Below, piece after piece: positions 36,670 through 50,794 of a DNA stretch of 64,000 nt; positions within the stretch are counted from its first letter, which is position 1; the number at the start of each line of letters is the position of its first letter. A model generated the notes under the pieces. It was not told the DNA's origin and did no database searches. It was given only the letters and a program-made list of their open reading frames with translations. The stretch comes from Lama glama. Lineage: Eukaryota. The translations under genes were made by a program, and so were the position numbers. Location: NCBI GenBank assembly GCA_028534125.1, contig CM052832.1, positions 34,534,001 to 34,598,000 on the forward strand. The letters run 5' to 3'.

Positions 36670-37530
36670 TAAAGTGAGTTAGACTGTCCCCTTTCTTCTT
36701 ATTCTGAAAGAGTTTGTGTAAGAGTTGGAATTACTTGTTCTTTGGATATTAGAAGAATTCTCTGGTGAAACTTTCTAGGCCTGTATTTTCTTTGTGAGAT
36801 AATTTTTAATGGCTGATTCGTTCTCTTTAAAGACTAAAGAACCATTCAGATTTAGTTCTCTCTTAAAAAAAGATTTAGTTTCTTCTTGTTAGATGTCGTC
36901 ATCCGTATTTTTCTTGAACTTTGTCACTTTTGCCTAGATTTTCAAATTTATTAGCATAAAATTATTTTATGATAGTTTCATGTTATTTCAATCTCGATGG
37001 CATCTGTGGTCATGACCGCTTTTAATACTTAGTGTTGCTCAATGTTTTCAGTCTTTTTCTTCGATCAGCCTCGCCGGAATCCTGCCAGGAGCCGCTCTGG
37101 CTGCCTTGAGCTCTGTGCGTCCTTGCCCATCTCCTGATGCAGTGAGTGGGTGCTGAGCGCGATGGTTTGTTCACATGGCTTGTCGATGCCAAGCCTCTCC
37201 TTTTTAATATGAACATTTAAGGCCCTGAATTTTCCTCTCTGGCTGTGTCCCACGTACTTGCACGTGGTGTTTTAGTTGTTCGAGGCGTACTTTCCAGTTT
37301 TAATCGTGTGTTTTTCCTTGACACACCAGCGTGCAGACGTGTGATTTTAAATTTCCAAATTGAGGGAGCAGTTAGTTTCAATATTAGGAGTTAGTTTTTT
37401 CTTTGTTGGAGATCTCTAAGCTAAGGATTCTGATGTCAGAGAATATCATGGTTTCATCTCTGTTGAAACTTGCTTTGCAAGTGACATGTGGTGAGTTTTC
37501 TGAAATGCTGCTTTGCATGAAAAGCTTTTG
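36670..37530 (-). mobile_element. Old L1 ORF2 fragment, antisense
   Basis: TTCTGAAAGAGTTTGTGTAAGAGTTGGAATTACTTGTTCTTTGGATATT...GAATTCTCTGGTGAAAC...AGGCCTG is typical antisense L1M ORF2. Confidence 0.7.
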
Positions 37531-38879
37531 CCTCGATTGTGACCAGGGTCCACGCGCCCCGGGCCAGGCCTGTGCGCCCGCTCTGTCTGCCCGTCCGCTC
37601 CGTCTGTCCGCCTGCCCGTCTGCGTGCTTTTCTGGCTGTCACGGGGAGGCGATCACAGGCCTCCCTTGGCCGCGTCTCGGGTGCTTTCTTTGTCTCCAGC
37701 CCTGTGGTCCCCGTGATGTCTCTCCTGGTGGACTTTTTTTTTTGCCTTTTCCCCCGACTGAGAGCTTTACCCGGTCCTGGGAAACTCTCAGCCATCAGCC
37801 CTCCCTGTGTGCCCCTTTCTCTCCTTCAGGAGCCCGTGTTGGGCCTGCGTTAGGCCTTCTGCTCCCCGAGTCTGTTACCTTCTCCTGCCCAGTTCCCGCG
37901 GCCGATTCTCTGTGGTGGCCGGGACTGTCTTCCGCTCCCCTCCCCCTGCTGCATCTGCGGTGTCTGAGCTCGCGGAGACCTGTGTCTGCTGCGTGTTACT
38001 GGAGCTGCTCTTCCCTCCCAGAACCTCCCTGTGATGCTGTTACTAAGTCGGAGAAGGCAGCTACCGAGCTCCGGAGCCGTGTCATTCCAGGCGGCGGGGC
38101 GGGGGCGGAGCCCCCAACTGGGTCTGTGTGGGTGGCAGGTCTAGTGAACAGGGTGGGAGGTTGGGGCTAGGGTCCCACGGACGGGTCCTCATTAGCCCTC
38201 CCGGGGCCGACTGACAGCACATCCCGCTTCCTGCACAAGGATTCAGGGTTTCTTTCTGTATTTGGTGTCTGTTTTGTCCACATTTGACAAGTGTTGGTTC
38301 AGGAGCATAAAGGACTGTCAGTTTGCTGTCTGTCCAGCCATCCGTTGTGAGGAATAAAACTCTTTTAGTTCGACTGAACCTGGGAATCCAGGCTCACTTG
38401 CACAGGTGTTCTGATTATAGTTTGGTGAGTTCATGTCCACAGAGACGGCTCCGTTAAATGTACTCTTTCTGTCATTTTTGAAAAAAATAACGGGGCTTTT
38501 TTCTGTTATTTTTTTCTTTCTCAGAGACTTATTTCTCAAACAGCATTCTTACCAGAAAGTTTTGGAAATAGTAAAGTAGGAAATTTAAATTGGAAACGTT
38601 AAAATAAGTCAGAATAATGATTTTACTTTTCTTCAACTACTTTGCGTGAGCTGAGACCCCATGTAGAAACCGGGAGGTGGGGCACTCGCCAGCGGGCGTC
38701 TTGTTCCAGGACGTGCGCGCGTGGCCGCCTGCCGTGACGCAGGTGGCAGTGATGTTGGAGCACTTGGCTCGCGCTTTGCCTCCAAGGAGGACATGGTGGT
38801 CTCATGAGTGTCCGTGCGCCTGCCCGGCCCCGGCTGCTCCGGACCAGGTGCACCGTAGCAGCGGCTTGCTGGTTCTGCC

Positions 38880-40450
38880 AGCACGTCTGTGTCTGAAGGC
38901 ACAGTTATTGAATTAGCACGTTTTCCCCCACGGTTCACTGGAGACAGGCAGCGGGCACCCCTCTCACCACTGTTCGATTTCTGTCAGCACAGGTTAGTTT
39001 TGCCTATTCTTGAACTTCAAGGAAAGTGGAACCCAATTTTGTTGCCTTTGTGTCTGGCTGCTTTTGCTCTGACCTAATAATTTTTGAGATTCATCCAAAT
39101 TGTGTGTCTGTCAGTAACTTACGTCTTTTCTCGCTGAATTCGGGCAGCAGAGTTGGCGGGGTTACCCTTGGCAGTGGGCGTCGGGCTGCTCCCCGTCTTG
39201 GTGGTTATGAATGTGGGTGCAGGGGACGTGGCCACTGCTCTCGGTGGGCTTTGTACTCCTGTGTGTGTTCCTGGGCGCAGGATTGCCGGTCATGGAACAG
39301 GTTGACAGAAACCAAGCCGTTTTCCCAAATGGGCGTCTCATTTAGCGCAGCCAGCAGCGCAGCCGTGTCCTGGCGCCCCACCTGCTCACTGACACACCAC
39401 GTTCCTTCTTACTCGAGCCCACCTCATAGCTCTGCTGGCTTCCCCGGATAAACGTGATGTTAAGCGTCTTCCTTGCACGTATGGGTGTGCGTGTTCAGGC
39501 GCCTCCTCCCCGAGGCGCCCTTCAGAGTGCGTGCTCGCTGACTGCTGGCTGCTTGCCTTCCTGTTAGTGACGCCGGGAGCCGTGTGGCTGCAGGGACATG
39601 GACGCCCCGTTCTCTCAGTCCGTGGCTCGCTGCTTGCTTCCCAGTGGTGACTCTGGGTAGGAAGTTTAAACTGTGGTGGGATCCGGTTTATCGCCTTTTG
39701 TGAATGTTTGGTGTCCCCAGTGCCCTGCAGAATCTCTGCCTGCCCCAGTGTCCCGGGTCTCCTTCTCCCGGAGGCTCTGTGGCTTGAGCTGCTGTCTTTA
39801 GGTTGACGCCTGTCTCCGTGGCCTCTGACGTGGTGTGAACTACTATGGTTCTGTTATGCTGGGTTTACCGCGTGTGCTGAACAGAAGCTGTCCTCCTCCT
39901 CTGGTCCTTCATCTGGCTGCGCTGCGTGGCCGAGGCCCCTGGTGCAGTCTTGGGAGCAGGCGTCGGGGACCCTTGTCCGGCCCTGGTTTTCCGTCTGCTG
40001 AGACAACCCCGCTTCTTCGCTTGTTCATAGACCCGGTTGGCCAGTAGCTTGCTGGGTCTCTCGTGTCTCGGTTCACAAGGGCTCCTGGTCTGGAATTTGC
40101 TCTTCTCACAGTGTGCTTGCCAGTTTTGACATCGGGGTTTTTCTGGCTTCATTAAACAAAATAGGAAGTGTTCTCAGGCTGTGCTCTGTGAAAAAGCCTG
40201 TGTGTGATGTGATTTCCTCCGCTGGTGCTCGGTGGGAGGCGCCAGCGAGGCCATCTGGCCCTGGGGTCTCCGGCGTGTGGAGGCGTTTTAAGCGATGGAC
40301 TCGGGAGTCCCGTGCACGGAGGGCTGCTTGTCTTTCCAGAAAGCTGGTTTTTTAGGAGTTTGTCCGTTTCCTCTGTGTTGTCAGACTTACTGACACAAGC
40401 TGTAACGACCCTCCAGAACCCTGCTTTGGGCGTCGATGACTTTAAAGACG
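38880..40450 (-). mobile_element. Old L1 (L1ME/MD-like) 3' end and ORF2 remnants, GC-shifted
   Basis: TTAGTTTTGCCTATTCTTGAACTTCA...GTGGAA...CTTTGTGTCTGGCT...TTTTTGAGATTCATCCA is the characteristic antisense L1M 3' end. Confidence 0.7.
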
Positions 40451-41366
40451 TGCCTGGTTTCTGCCCTTGCCTTCGTTCTCCTTCCACTTTGTCTGAGTTG
40501 AGTTTTCTCTTCTTCTCGCCGGGCGTTAACGTGAAGCCTCTCTTCTCTGCACCCTCCTCCTCCCCGGCAGGTGCAGGCGTGCGGCGCGGCCGCGCTCTGC
40601 GCGCCGCGCCTCCGGTCAACAGGCTTCCTCACTGGGGACGCCTCTTCTCTTCGAAGAGTCGCTCCTGTGCCCCCGTTCCCAGTCGCTCATCATCTGTCCG
40701 GCTTCTGTCTCTAAACACTCCAGGAGTAGGGTGGAGGGGCCGGGTCCCCGCCCCTGTTCCCTCCTCAGTCTGGGGCTCGCTGGGCTCGGCCAGTGGCGTG
40801 GAGTCCTGGGTCTTGGCCTCTGGGGGACGTTCCTGTCGAGGTGTCAGGTCCCAGCACTGCAGCTGCGAAGCCTGGTGTGGATGGTAAATTATCTCTCTGG
40901 TCCAGAAGCTTAAATAGTTTCCTCCTTCTCTTTATTGTTTAGAAATTAGGAACCTCGGTGGCCTTTGCCTGGGTGTGTGCGGTCCAGCCCTGCACTCAGA
41001 AGGCGCTTTCAGGCCACAGACTTGAAATCCAGCTATGTTTTCCTCCGGTTCAGTTCCTACCTCGTCTCTAATTGCTTACCTGCCTCCACCTGAACTTTCC
41101 TTGCCTTTCCTCTGGTGTCTTTGCTCCTGGCGCGCTGCTGGCGGACATGCTGCGCTTCCTGCGATGGCCTCCGGGGGCTGTTCCCAGCCCGTGAGACGGC
41201 TGTGCTTGACTGGCTTCTGTTACCGAAAGTGAGATAAAACTCGTGCCTTTGTGTAGGAAAAGTGACAAGTGCTTTTAAAATGTACTGAGGTTTCTACGTA
41301 ACGTTGTTTTGCTTCTCCTTCACCTGCTGGTCGGTGGCTCGTGATTGTTCGTGTTTCTGATTGTAG

Positions 41367-41508
41367 GTCAGCATGGCCTCGCTGAAAGAGTTGGACCAGC
41401 GACTCTTTGAGAGCTACATCGAGCTGAAGGCAGACCCCATCGTCGGCTCCCTGGAGCCAGGCATTTACGCCGGCTACTTCGACTGGAAGGACTGCCTGCC
41501 GCCCACAG
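41367..41508 (+). CDS. EXOC2: EXOC2 exon ~23 (142 nt)
   Basis: ttgtag|GTC AGC ATG...CCC ACA G|gtacgg; encodes [47 protein letters not shown](G). Confidence 0.97.
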
Positions 41509-44500
41509 GTACGGCCCGGCGCCGACGCAGCCCGGGTGCCAGCGCGGCTTCGCTTCACCCATCATTCTGGAGGTGCCCCTCCTTTTGCTCCCATTTTTCT
41601 CATACTTACTGAGGGATTAGTTTGATTTTAACTTTTTATCAGCATAAACCCATTTTTTGACAGTTTGGGATTTAGCAGACTTTCGGCTTAAAGATATTCT
41701 TCAGTCCCAGAGAACAAGCACTTACACCTCACGGCGTTCAACCCTCTCAGTGACTGACCCTTGCTTCTGGGACACTCCTTTCCTGCCCAGAGGGGTAGAC
41801 TGCGAGTGACAGTCCCAAAATGCACTTAGGACACAGGTCACGGCCACATGAGACCGACTGCTGATGCTGAGGGGTGAGGGGCTCGAGGAGACGTCCGGGC
41901 TGAGGCCGCTGTGCAGACTCAGCAGAGGGCGGTGGACGAGGAAGGTGACTGCCGCCCCGGGCTTGTCGCTGACGTCAGCAGAAGTCACGCGCACCACTTG
42001 ACCATTTGCATTTTAGGGGTAACTGTTGCTTGCTGAGTGCAGTGAGAGTTTTGGTTGATCGAGTAGCTGTTCTGTGTGAAGCAGTGTGGAGTGCACGGAG
42101 TCAGGCCGCTGCTGGTGCTTGTGTGCGGCTGCAGGCTGACGCAGAAACGGCCCTGTCCGCGCGGGGTGTCGGTTCTCTGGGTTTTGTGAGTCTGGGTTCC
42201 CGTGAGCTGTCGCCGGGTTGAGTTAACCTTCACGCTCTTACCTCGTCACCTGCATCACTCACTGTCCGTTTTGTTGTGGGGTGTGTTTAGTAAGTGTGCT
42301 CTTCAGACGCCGCTGGTTTCTATTCCCTGTTCAACGTTGGGGGCAGCAATGCTGTGATGCCCGGGTTTTAAGCTGAAAACCAGAACCATCAACTTGATAA
42401 TACGCATGTGGCTGCAGCTGTTTAACTCCTGGGATTGCCGTCCTGGTGGGCATGTGAGGGCGAATGCCCCTGGCCAGAACCGTTACTTGGCACACAGGCT
42501 TTCCCGGTTCCAAACCAGATTACAGTTCACATCCCAGATGTATTCTTTTACAGTTTAAGTCTGATCCTGTCAGTAACTTGTGGTATCGTCTCGTTAACTT
42601 AAACAGAAATCTGCAAAGCGGCCAGTGTGCCCCTGCGGGCCCCTCACCCCTGCAGCCTCTCCGGCACACGGAGGGGTTTGTGGCCCAGCCTTCCCGCACC
42701 CTCCCAGGGGCCCGTTCCGACCACCTTGCCTTTGCGTAAACAGTAATTCTCCCCGGCCTTGCGAGGCCCACCCCCACACCCTTTTCTCCTCAGGCCTCCA
42801 CTGAGTGTCAGGACGCCAGCCGGGGGGGGACTTGGCCAGTGGGGAGCAGGCCTGGTGTTCCGGGGCTAACCTGTGAGCCCTTCGCACATTCTCTGTGTGA
42901 GACGGTTACTCACAAGGAGGGTGCTGTGCGGTGGTTTCGGCACCAGCCGCTACGTTGGTTGAGCTCCTTCAAGCCAAACCCTGACGGCGTGTTTAGTGGC
43001 CAGCTTCCAGGGAGACTGAAGAGACGCCCCCTCTGTGTGAGCAGCAAGTGTGACTCCACATGAACAAACGTGACTTTCAGCCATAAATGACTGTCCTCAA
43101 GGTCATCTGCCAGTGGCCTCTGGGGCTTCTGATCTACAGTCTCTTGAAACGCTTGGGCCCAGAGGCTTGGAGTCTCTGTGTTCGGTGTGTTGCATCCCCA
43201 GCAGGGCTTCCTGCAGAGAGCAGGTGACTGCTCGAGGAGGTTGGGGGTGGCAGTATCCATATCAGTTCAGGTGGGAGATGCCCCCGCAGAAGTTTATCGC
43301 AACTTTTCAGATTCACAGAGACTCTTGTCTCCTGGACTCTGTGTCTGCATTGTCTGGACTCCTGCGAGGTGCCCGGTGCCTGGTCAGTGGGTGTTTGTTC
43401 AGTGGCTGGGACCCTGCTGCTCCCATGGGGCTGCTCTGCTCGGGGCCCATCCAGGAGGAGTGCCTTCCCGTGAAGGTCCCACACTGGGAGGGCCGTTTTC
43501 AGGTTCTCTGAGCCCCATCGCACCTTTTCGGCTCCTGTAACTCCCCTGTGTGCGGACGGAAGAGGTCTATTCTTGTATGTGTTTTAGTTCCCTGTTTTGG
43601 GAGAACTTTCAAACAAAGATGTGAGAAAACTCCTTTCTCATTCCCAGACTTTGGGTCGTTTAAGTTTTTTGTAGAACAGTGACTGAAAGGTTCAGAATTA
43701 CAAGGCGCAGATTGCGGAATTGTTTTTGAGTAAAATCTCCCTATTTTCTGCCTAAGGGAACAAGTCACAAAACTCAGCTGTCGTCTGTGCGGGGCTCCCG
43801 GCTCTGCGGACCCGCCTGGTTTCTGCTTCCCCTTGAGGGGCCCCCTCCTGCCCTGGGGCCGGAGCTGGAGGGGGCAGCCCCAACCCTGTCCCCTCCGGTG
43901 AATTACCTCACCACACTCTGGTGCAAACGGTTTACCAGTCCTGAACTCGCAAATAAAGGAGCCGTTACACGGCAGGCTCTGCACACACGCGTGCGCGGGC
44001 ACGTCCTAAGTACTAACTCCCTGCAGACGCTTCAGTCACTTGTGTGCCCATCACGTCTGTGTCTGGCATAGAATCAGCACCTCGTGCTTGCTCCCGTCTT
44101 CTGAACCCCGCATTCTTGAAGGACCCAGTGGCTGGCACCTGTCAGGGTTGGCGGGGGGGCCCTGGGGCAGCAGCTCTGGTCACTCTGCTGTTGTCGCAGG
44201 CCCCGCCCTCTTCTCTTTGCAGCCCGGCCCCTCAGACGGGCGTCTGGGTTGTTCCCAGGCTTTGTGTGGCCCCCGTCCTCCCTGCCTGCCCTGAGACCCC
44301 CAGTGTCCACGTCCGGCGCCAGTGGGGGCCCGTGGACTGCTCCCTTTCTCGCTCTGTGTCTCGAGCAGCCCGTGGCTGGGCCCTCTGCCTGAGAGGTCTG
44401 GTCCTCCCGTGGCACCTCCGGTCCCAGGCTGGCCGGTGGCCCTCCCGTCCTCTGTGGGTTCGCCCTCCCCGCTGCCCTGTGCTGCTGGCCCCGAGCTGTG

Positions 44501-46860
44501 TGCCTCAAGGCCGCTGGTCTTTCTGCCAGTCCTTCCTCAGGTGGAGTGAGTTCTGCACTCAGTGAGCTCCCGGTCTTCCTGCTGCTGCACTCACAGGCTC
44601 TCCTCCCTCGTCCTGTCAGTCACGTCGGCCCTCGTGCTGTGCCTCCAGGGTGAACGCAGGCCCCCTGCTCTGGCCCCGGCCCCAGTCCTTTGGGGACGCC
44701 CTGCGTGGCCTGGCCCCAGCCCCTGCCTGCTGGGAGAGCCCGTCTTCCTGAAGTACGACTTGGACCTGCCGCTCCCCTGCTGAAGCCCCTCCTCCCTCGG
44801 GCGGAAGCCTGCACCTGACAGGGCTGCCCGCGCTGGCCGTGTCCTGTGTGTGTTCCGCGCTGGCGGGGGGCGAGGCCGTTCCGTTTACAGCCTAGTGAAC
44901 GTGCGGGTCGCGCCTCAGTTTATCTTCCGAGAGTTCGGCCTGTGGTCTTGTGGTGATTTTTCTCAGTTTCTCTTCGAAGAGGAAAGTCGGTCATACGACG
45001 TTCTTGTTCACGTTTTAGCAAACAGGACACAGCAGATGCTCGCATTTGTTGAACTGAACTGAAACGAGCGTGGTAGCGCTTGCGTTCTGTGGAAGCTCCG
45101 TGCAGCTGCGCTTGAATTAAAATGGGAGTGGCAGGGACAGCAGACACGTGTGCAGGCCTGCGGCGTCACCGTCCACAGAGTAACGTGCTCTTCAGGGCAG
45201 CGCAGGTGAACTCTGCTGAACCCCTGTGCGGAGTCCCAGGATGGCAGCGCCGGGTCCTGGGGGCTGGGGTCCCACTGCCCGCGGCCAGGTGCCCGCCTCG
45301 AGTGCCCCAGCGTCCCTCCTCTGCCGTCATGTGGTGAGGGGTACTGGGTGGGGTAGCGGCCACTTGGCAGCTTCTCATTCACAGCAGACTCTGCTGCCAT
45401 GAGGCCCGTTGCTTGGGATGAGCCCCTCCTGAGCAGGCGGCACCACGGCCAGCGGTGCGCCTGCTGCTCCTCTGGTCCCACAGCCTCGTGGAGGCTGTCG
45501 GGGTCGGTCTCGCTTCCATCAGCTGCGTTTTGCTCCGTTCTTTGTGTAGTCTGACTGCATGATCCTAACGGAACCTCAGTCTCAAACAGTCATACAGTGA
45601 TTTTTAGTTTGCTCAAAGTTGACTGAAGTCGAGACCTTGTGCAAGGTGAACCGTCAAAATAGTTTGACTTTAATCTTCCAGAATAATTTCAATTAACAGC
45701 TTAAGTATGATCTTTAGAATTTTCATCTCTGAAACTGAATTTTGCAAATCATGTAAGTAACTGATTATTTGCTGCTGTAATTAGCAGTGAATTTAGTTTC
45801 TGATACTGTATGTAGTCATTTAAAAAACTCCAGTTGATTAATTTCACGATTCAAGAAGAGATATTCGTTGAAGCCATCGCTGGGCTGTGCTTTTCTAACC
45901 TGACAGTTGGATATTTACACTGTTGTCACCTCTGCATGTGTGTGTGTGTGTCAGGAAGGTTATTCTGGTTAGTTCTGAGTCAGTTAACTGCCTGTGCAGT
46001 TGTTCTGTTAGCCACCGTTACTAAGAGCTCTGAGTACTTGCGTTTGATCTTCTTTAGCTGAATTGAAAATATTTTTAGTCTCCATGTACAAATACACATG
46101 GAAGTCCACATCCTTAAGACATATTAAATTTTTGCATAAATACTGGTTTTAACTATTTTTTCTGTCTAAAAACAGATTTGCTTGTATTCCTTAAAGATAC
46201 TTAATATGTGAATTTAAAATTAACTTTCTATAGGCGAAGTACCTTGCTGATTTGTAACTCAAAGTGCTTCTGTATTTTCTGTAGTCATCGCGGTTCCAGG
46301 GAAGGGAGGACGTGTGTCCCTGACGCGGCAGCAGGACGGGCAGTGCTCACGGGCGCCGCGTGTGGTCCAGGGCGAGCGACACCACAGCGGTGCCCGTGCT
46401 GTCCGGCCCCGCCGCGTGGCGCTCAGCTTCGGCCACAGGCAGGGGTCGCAGATTCCCACGACTCAGAGGAAGGAGGCATGAGACAGGCCAGCGCAGGGCG
46501 CCTGGCTGGCCGAGTGGCTCTCCTCAAGGTGGCTGCCTCCCGGGGTCTGTCCTTCAGGTGCTTTCCTTATCTGGCCTCCGGAAGAGCCGTCGCACAGTTG
46601 CGTCTGTCTCACACCTTGTGACTTGAAATGATTCGAGCTCAGACCACGTTAGCATTTCTAGAGAATAGGAGAAATATTACGGGACTTCAGATAAGGGAAG
46701 TGGTATCTTTTATCTGATTTTCAGAGCTTGACTTTGCCCTTTGAGAAAGTGGATGAAATGTTTGTGGGTCCTTGAAAATAGTAAGTCTTGCACCCAGGCA
46801 CATGCTGCCACATACACGTATGTTCCTACGTGTCCGTAGGAATGGGGTGGTGTCTGTCGA

Positions 46861-47008
46861 GTCTGTGCCATGTGCAGGTGGGGGCTCATCCCCGCCTCAC
46901 AGGCGAGGCAGCCGAGCAGGAAGAGGGGAGGGACTCGTCGCGGTCACACAGCCAGGATGTGGGGGCTGGGCTCGGAGTGCAGATCCAGGCAGCCCGACCT
47001 AAAAGCAC
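46861..47008 (-). mobile_element. MIR SINE, strongly GC-shifted
   Basis: ATCCCCGCCTCACAGGCGAGGCAGCCGAG...GGTCACACAGCCAGGATGTGG aligns with the MIR pattern ATCCCCATTTTACAGATGAGGAAACTGAG...GGTCACACAGCTAGTAAGTGG. Confidence 0.65.
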
Positions 47009-48429
47009 CAGGCCGGGATGTTACATGGAGCTAATGCCTCCGTGGAAATCTGTAGGAAGCCACAAGGAAGGCCAGAGCCCTCAGAGAGGAATGGGCTCAG
47101 ACCCTGAAAGTCACCGGTGGACTGAAACACGAGACACCAGAAGACATTAAAACTCATCAGTACCTGAAGAATGCAAATAAAAAAAGCTGTCATTTTTTAA
47201 AACGCTCCAGATTGGCACATGTTTGAAAGCTTGATGACACACACCTGCTTTTTGGCAAAGGTACGGAGAAGTGGCTGTCACGTCCCCCTTCCTGGAGCAT
47301 AAGTCGGCACGCTGTGCACGTGGACTCAGTGGGCACGCAGCGCGGGCATGTAATTTATGTAGAAGTTCTAGCAAAATAGGTACCGTGATGTCTACTGAAA
47401 TACTTTTATAGGAGCAAAAACTAAAAAGCAGCCTAAACACGCATTGGTTATTGGGTCAAACCAGTGTGTCCGCCACACCCCGTGCACCCCTTGTCGTGCG
47501 TGAGACGGACACACAGGTTATTGTCCACACATCAGTGTCATCACAACATGTGCCCTGGGCTGTGTGCAGATGTGTCTTGACAAGGGGTGGGAAGCAGGGC
47601 TCCAGAAAGCTCAGTCTGCACCTTAACTTTTGTGTGGTTTGAATATTTGCAAGGAGCATACATTTTTATTTTTAAAAAGAAATTTATACATGGCCATGGA
47701 GTCCATGCAGGCATGAAAACGTGGCCTGTGGCGCTGAGTTTCTTCACAGAAACGCACTCCGCTCGATAGTCCCGTGGCCCAGGTGGGTCTAGACCTCGGC
47801 CGCCACCTCTCGGCTTTCCTGACACACTTCGGAGTCGTTGCTGGAGTCGGTGTGGCCAGAGGGCCTTCACGTCAGGCTGCAGGGAGTCTCTAGTCACTGC
47901 AAGAGGGTTTTTTTAAACAATGTTTAGCATTTTTCTAACCATTTGACGATGGAGGAATAAAAACTACTTTAGCCAAATTTACGAAGAAAAGCCTAGTGAA
48001 GTCAGCCTTATTACCCCTCCTGGCACTCAGGTCGTTCAGCGCCTTCAAGTGAGTGGGACCGTGCTGGCTCTACTGACAGACGTGAGTGTGCTCCGTTCAC
48101 TAGGGCTGCCCCAGCATCAGAAATTCAGATGAGAGGAGCCCTGCATTCTGAGATGGTGGGAAAGCTTGTATCAGGCAGACTCTCCCGCAGGTAAAACTGT
48201 AAACTGCACAGAATGCAGAAAACCACTGCCTGAAGCCTGGAGAGTCAGAGCAAACCGACTGCAGAGAAGGGGGCCTCATCCTTTGAGGGACAGACGGGCC
48301 CACAGCCGGACAGGGTCATAGCAGGTGCAGACACGCATCCAGCGGAGAAATGGTGAACTTTTGACTTTGTGGTTTTTAATGTTATTAAATGATAATCAGT
48401 TGTTTGATGTGAGAAAAATCTTTATGATT

Positions 48430-49740
48430 TATTAAATTGAATTCACAGTCAAAAACCTTTCTTTGTAGAAAACTCCAAGTCCAGATGGTTCTACTAGTAA
48501 ATACTACGAGGCATTTAAGGGGGAAAAAATGATGCCAGTTTTACCAGAAAATATAGGAGAAGGAGACACGTCCAGTTGCATGTTGTGAAGCCTGCGTGAG
48601 CCCAGAGCAGAGCCTGGCCGGGGGAAGAGCGTCCCCCACGAGCACTGGGGAGGGAGGAAAAGCTTGATTTTTTCAGGAAATCAAAGTGGTGTCACTGTGC
48701 AGTGCTGTGACCACAGAAGGTTTATCTCAGGCTCACAGAGAAACTAGTCACTGTATCGACAACTTAAAAATGACAAACAGTGCAATCATCTCAGCAGGTG
48801 CAGTGAAGGCAGCTGACGAAATCCAGATCTGTTCACGGTAGAGCTTCTCAGCCAACTTGAGAAGTAGAAGGAGACCCCCTAAGCTGACGGAGGATGTACA
48901 GAACCTGAGGCTGGTGTCCGTCCTGTGAGGGTGAACCGTGGGGGCCAGGCGCCTGCTCTCACCCGCTGTCCAGCGTCGCCCTGCCGTAACGCCAGAAAAA
49001 GGGAGGTCAGGAGAGAGCAGACTGAGTGAAAGCATTTGCGTTCCAAGATAAAATTGTCGCATACGTAGAAAATCCTGAGGAATCACAGTTAACAAGTGAA
49101 TTATTAAGATCTCAGGATATAGAATTAATATGCAGAGATCAAAAGTGTTTTTAAAATACAACTATATACAGCAAAAAAATCGAAAATAAACTTTTTAAAG
49201 TTCCGTAAATGATAGCATCAAAACATATGCAAAATTAGGAATAAACTGAGTGGAAGGCGTTTAAGACGTCTTCACTCTACCTGGAAGTCACCGCAGAACG
49301 GAGTCAAAGGAGGCCAACCGAAGCGGGGAGGTTCGCGCTCTGGGTTTTCCCGTTGGACGTTGCAGTGTCGTCGAGAAGTCCCTTCTCCCACACTGGTCCG
49401 TAGGTTCAGTACATTCCCAGTCGGATCCCCAGCAGGCGTCTTTGAAGAAATTTTAAGCAATTGTAAAACTTGTTTGGGAAGATGAAGGACTTCAAGTGGC
49501 TGAAGCAACCTGGGTGAGCGGGAGCGTTGGGGTCCCCCAGTGCTCGGTGTGAAGACTTGGAAAGCTGCTGGAGTGAGAGGTGTGGCCTTAGCACAGGCAC
49601 ACGGAGACCCAGGAGGCCGAGCGCAAAGTGTGGAGACCCCGCGGCCGCGACTGCGACCCCTCCCTGGGGACAGGACGCCTCCGCACGCAAGTGCTGGGGC
49701 GGGCCTTTCCTGAGGGAGTGTGCGCTGGTGGCGGTGCCCC
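48430..49740 (+). mobile_element. Old L1 ORF2 fragments, sense strand
   Basis: AGAAAACTCCAAGTCCAGATGGTTCTACTAGTAAATACTAC...CATTTAAG and ATACGTAGAAAATCCT...CAGGATATAGAATTAATATGCAGAGATCAA match L1 ORF2 reverse-transcriptase-region DNA; the reading frame is broken. Confidence 0.75.
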
Positions 49741-50794
49741 CGAAGGTACGCAGCACTGCTGTCCTTGGGGACGCAGGAAGGCCCCACGGAATGCTGAGAG
49801 AAGACCTTCCTCAGCGTATTCCCTTGGTCAGTTGATTGATTAATGAGAAATATCTTGGCAAAAGTTACTCAAGCCAGAGGCGACGGAAAAATACACATCA
49901 AGTAAAATGCCAGTTTACAGCTTAGTTTCTAGACTAATAGATGCTTTACGGAGAATGTCAGATTGAGTTGTCTTTTTTAATCCAATTAATGTTAAAGAAG
50001 AGAACTTAGTTAAATAACAACAGTTCCCAGAAGTAGCGAGTAAACTGCCCATTCACAGGTCGTCGGAGCTCGTGGGACAGGCCTCACCCAGGGGCCTCTG
50101 AGCACCGTTCACCTTCCCAGGGTTGTCCGGAGGACGGGGTCCTCCCGAGGACGTCGCTTTAAGGCCCTGTCCTCGTCTCTGCGTGTGGAGCGCAGGTGGG
50201 AACAGCCGGTGACACGGTCTTCCCAGCTGTCCGTGCCCTGGCCGTGGGGATGGTTGGTCAGAACAGTTGCCGGCTGGAGAGAGTCCGAGTCGGTGGTCTT
50301 CCCCGGGACTGAGCTCAGAAGATAGTTCTACCAGTTCCTTGGACTTCCTCCTTTCATTTAGAAGTGTTGTCAGGGAGGGTTTAATGAACTCGGGTTTGAT
50401 CTGTTTATCTGGGAAAAGCAGTTTCACATTTTCCAGAGAAGGACAACCCCAGTCGGTCGTCACTTTTTAAATCACACGTTCGCTGTTAAACCTCACTTTT
50501 TTCCTGGACATTTTCTCCTTTTTCATAAGCAGTGTAATGCATTAGTGTCATTGCTGTAAAACCATTTGTACAGCGTTTTGGACATTTGGTTACAATTTCT
50601 TTGCCTGCCAAGCATTTCTCAATAAAGCTACGTTTTGGCTCTGATGGTCTTCAGGGTGGAATTCACTGACCTTGAGATGACCTGCGTGTTTTCTTCATTG
50701 CATGTCTTATCTGTTGAAGTATTTACTTTATTGTGTGTTAAACTGTTAGCTGTTTGGCAGCAGGGTAAACTAATGTGCTCTGTGCAAAAGAGAT

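Noticed and set aside
37403-40887. 255-aa and 220-aa plus-strand ORFs
   Set aside because: They overlap decayed antisense L1-derived, GC-shifted sequence, have non-ATG starts and show no protein similarity.
45608-45752. Possible cryptic exon (ttttag...CAT|gtaagt) in intron 23
   Set aside because: It is 145 nt (frameshifting) with a short pyrimidine tract and no homology. It cannot be told from a pseudo-exon without RNA data.
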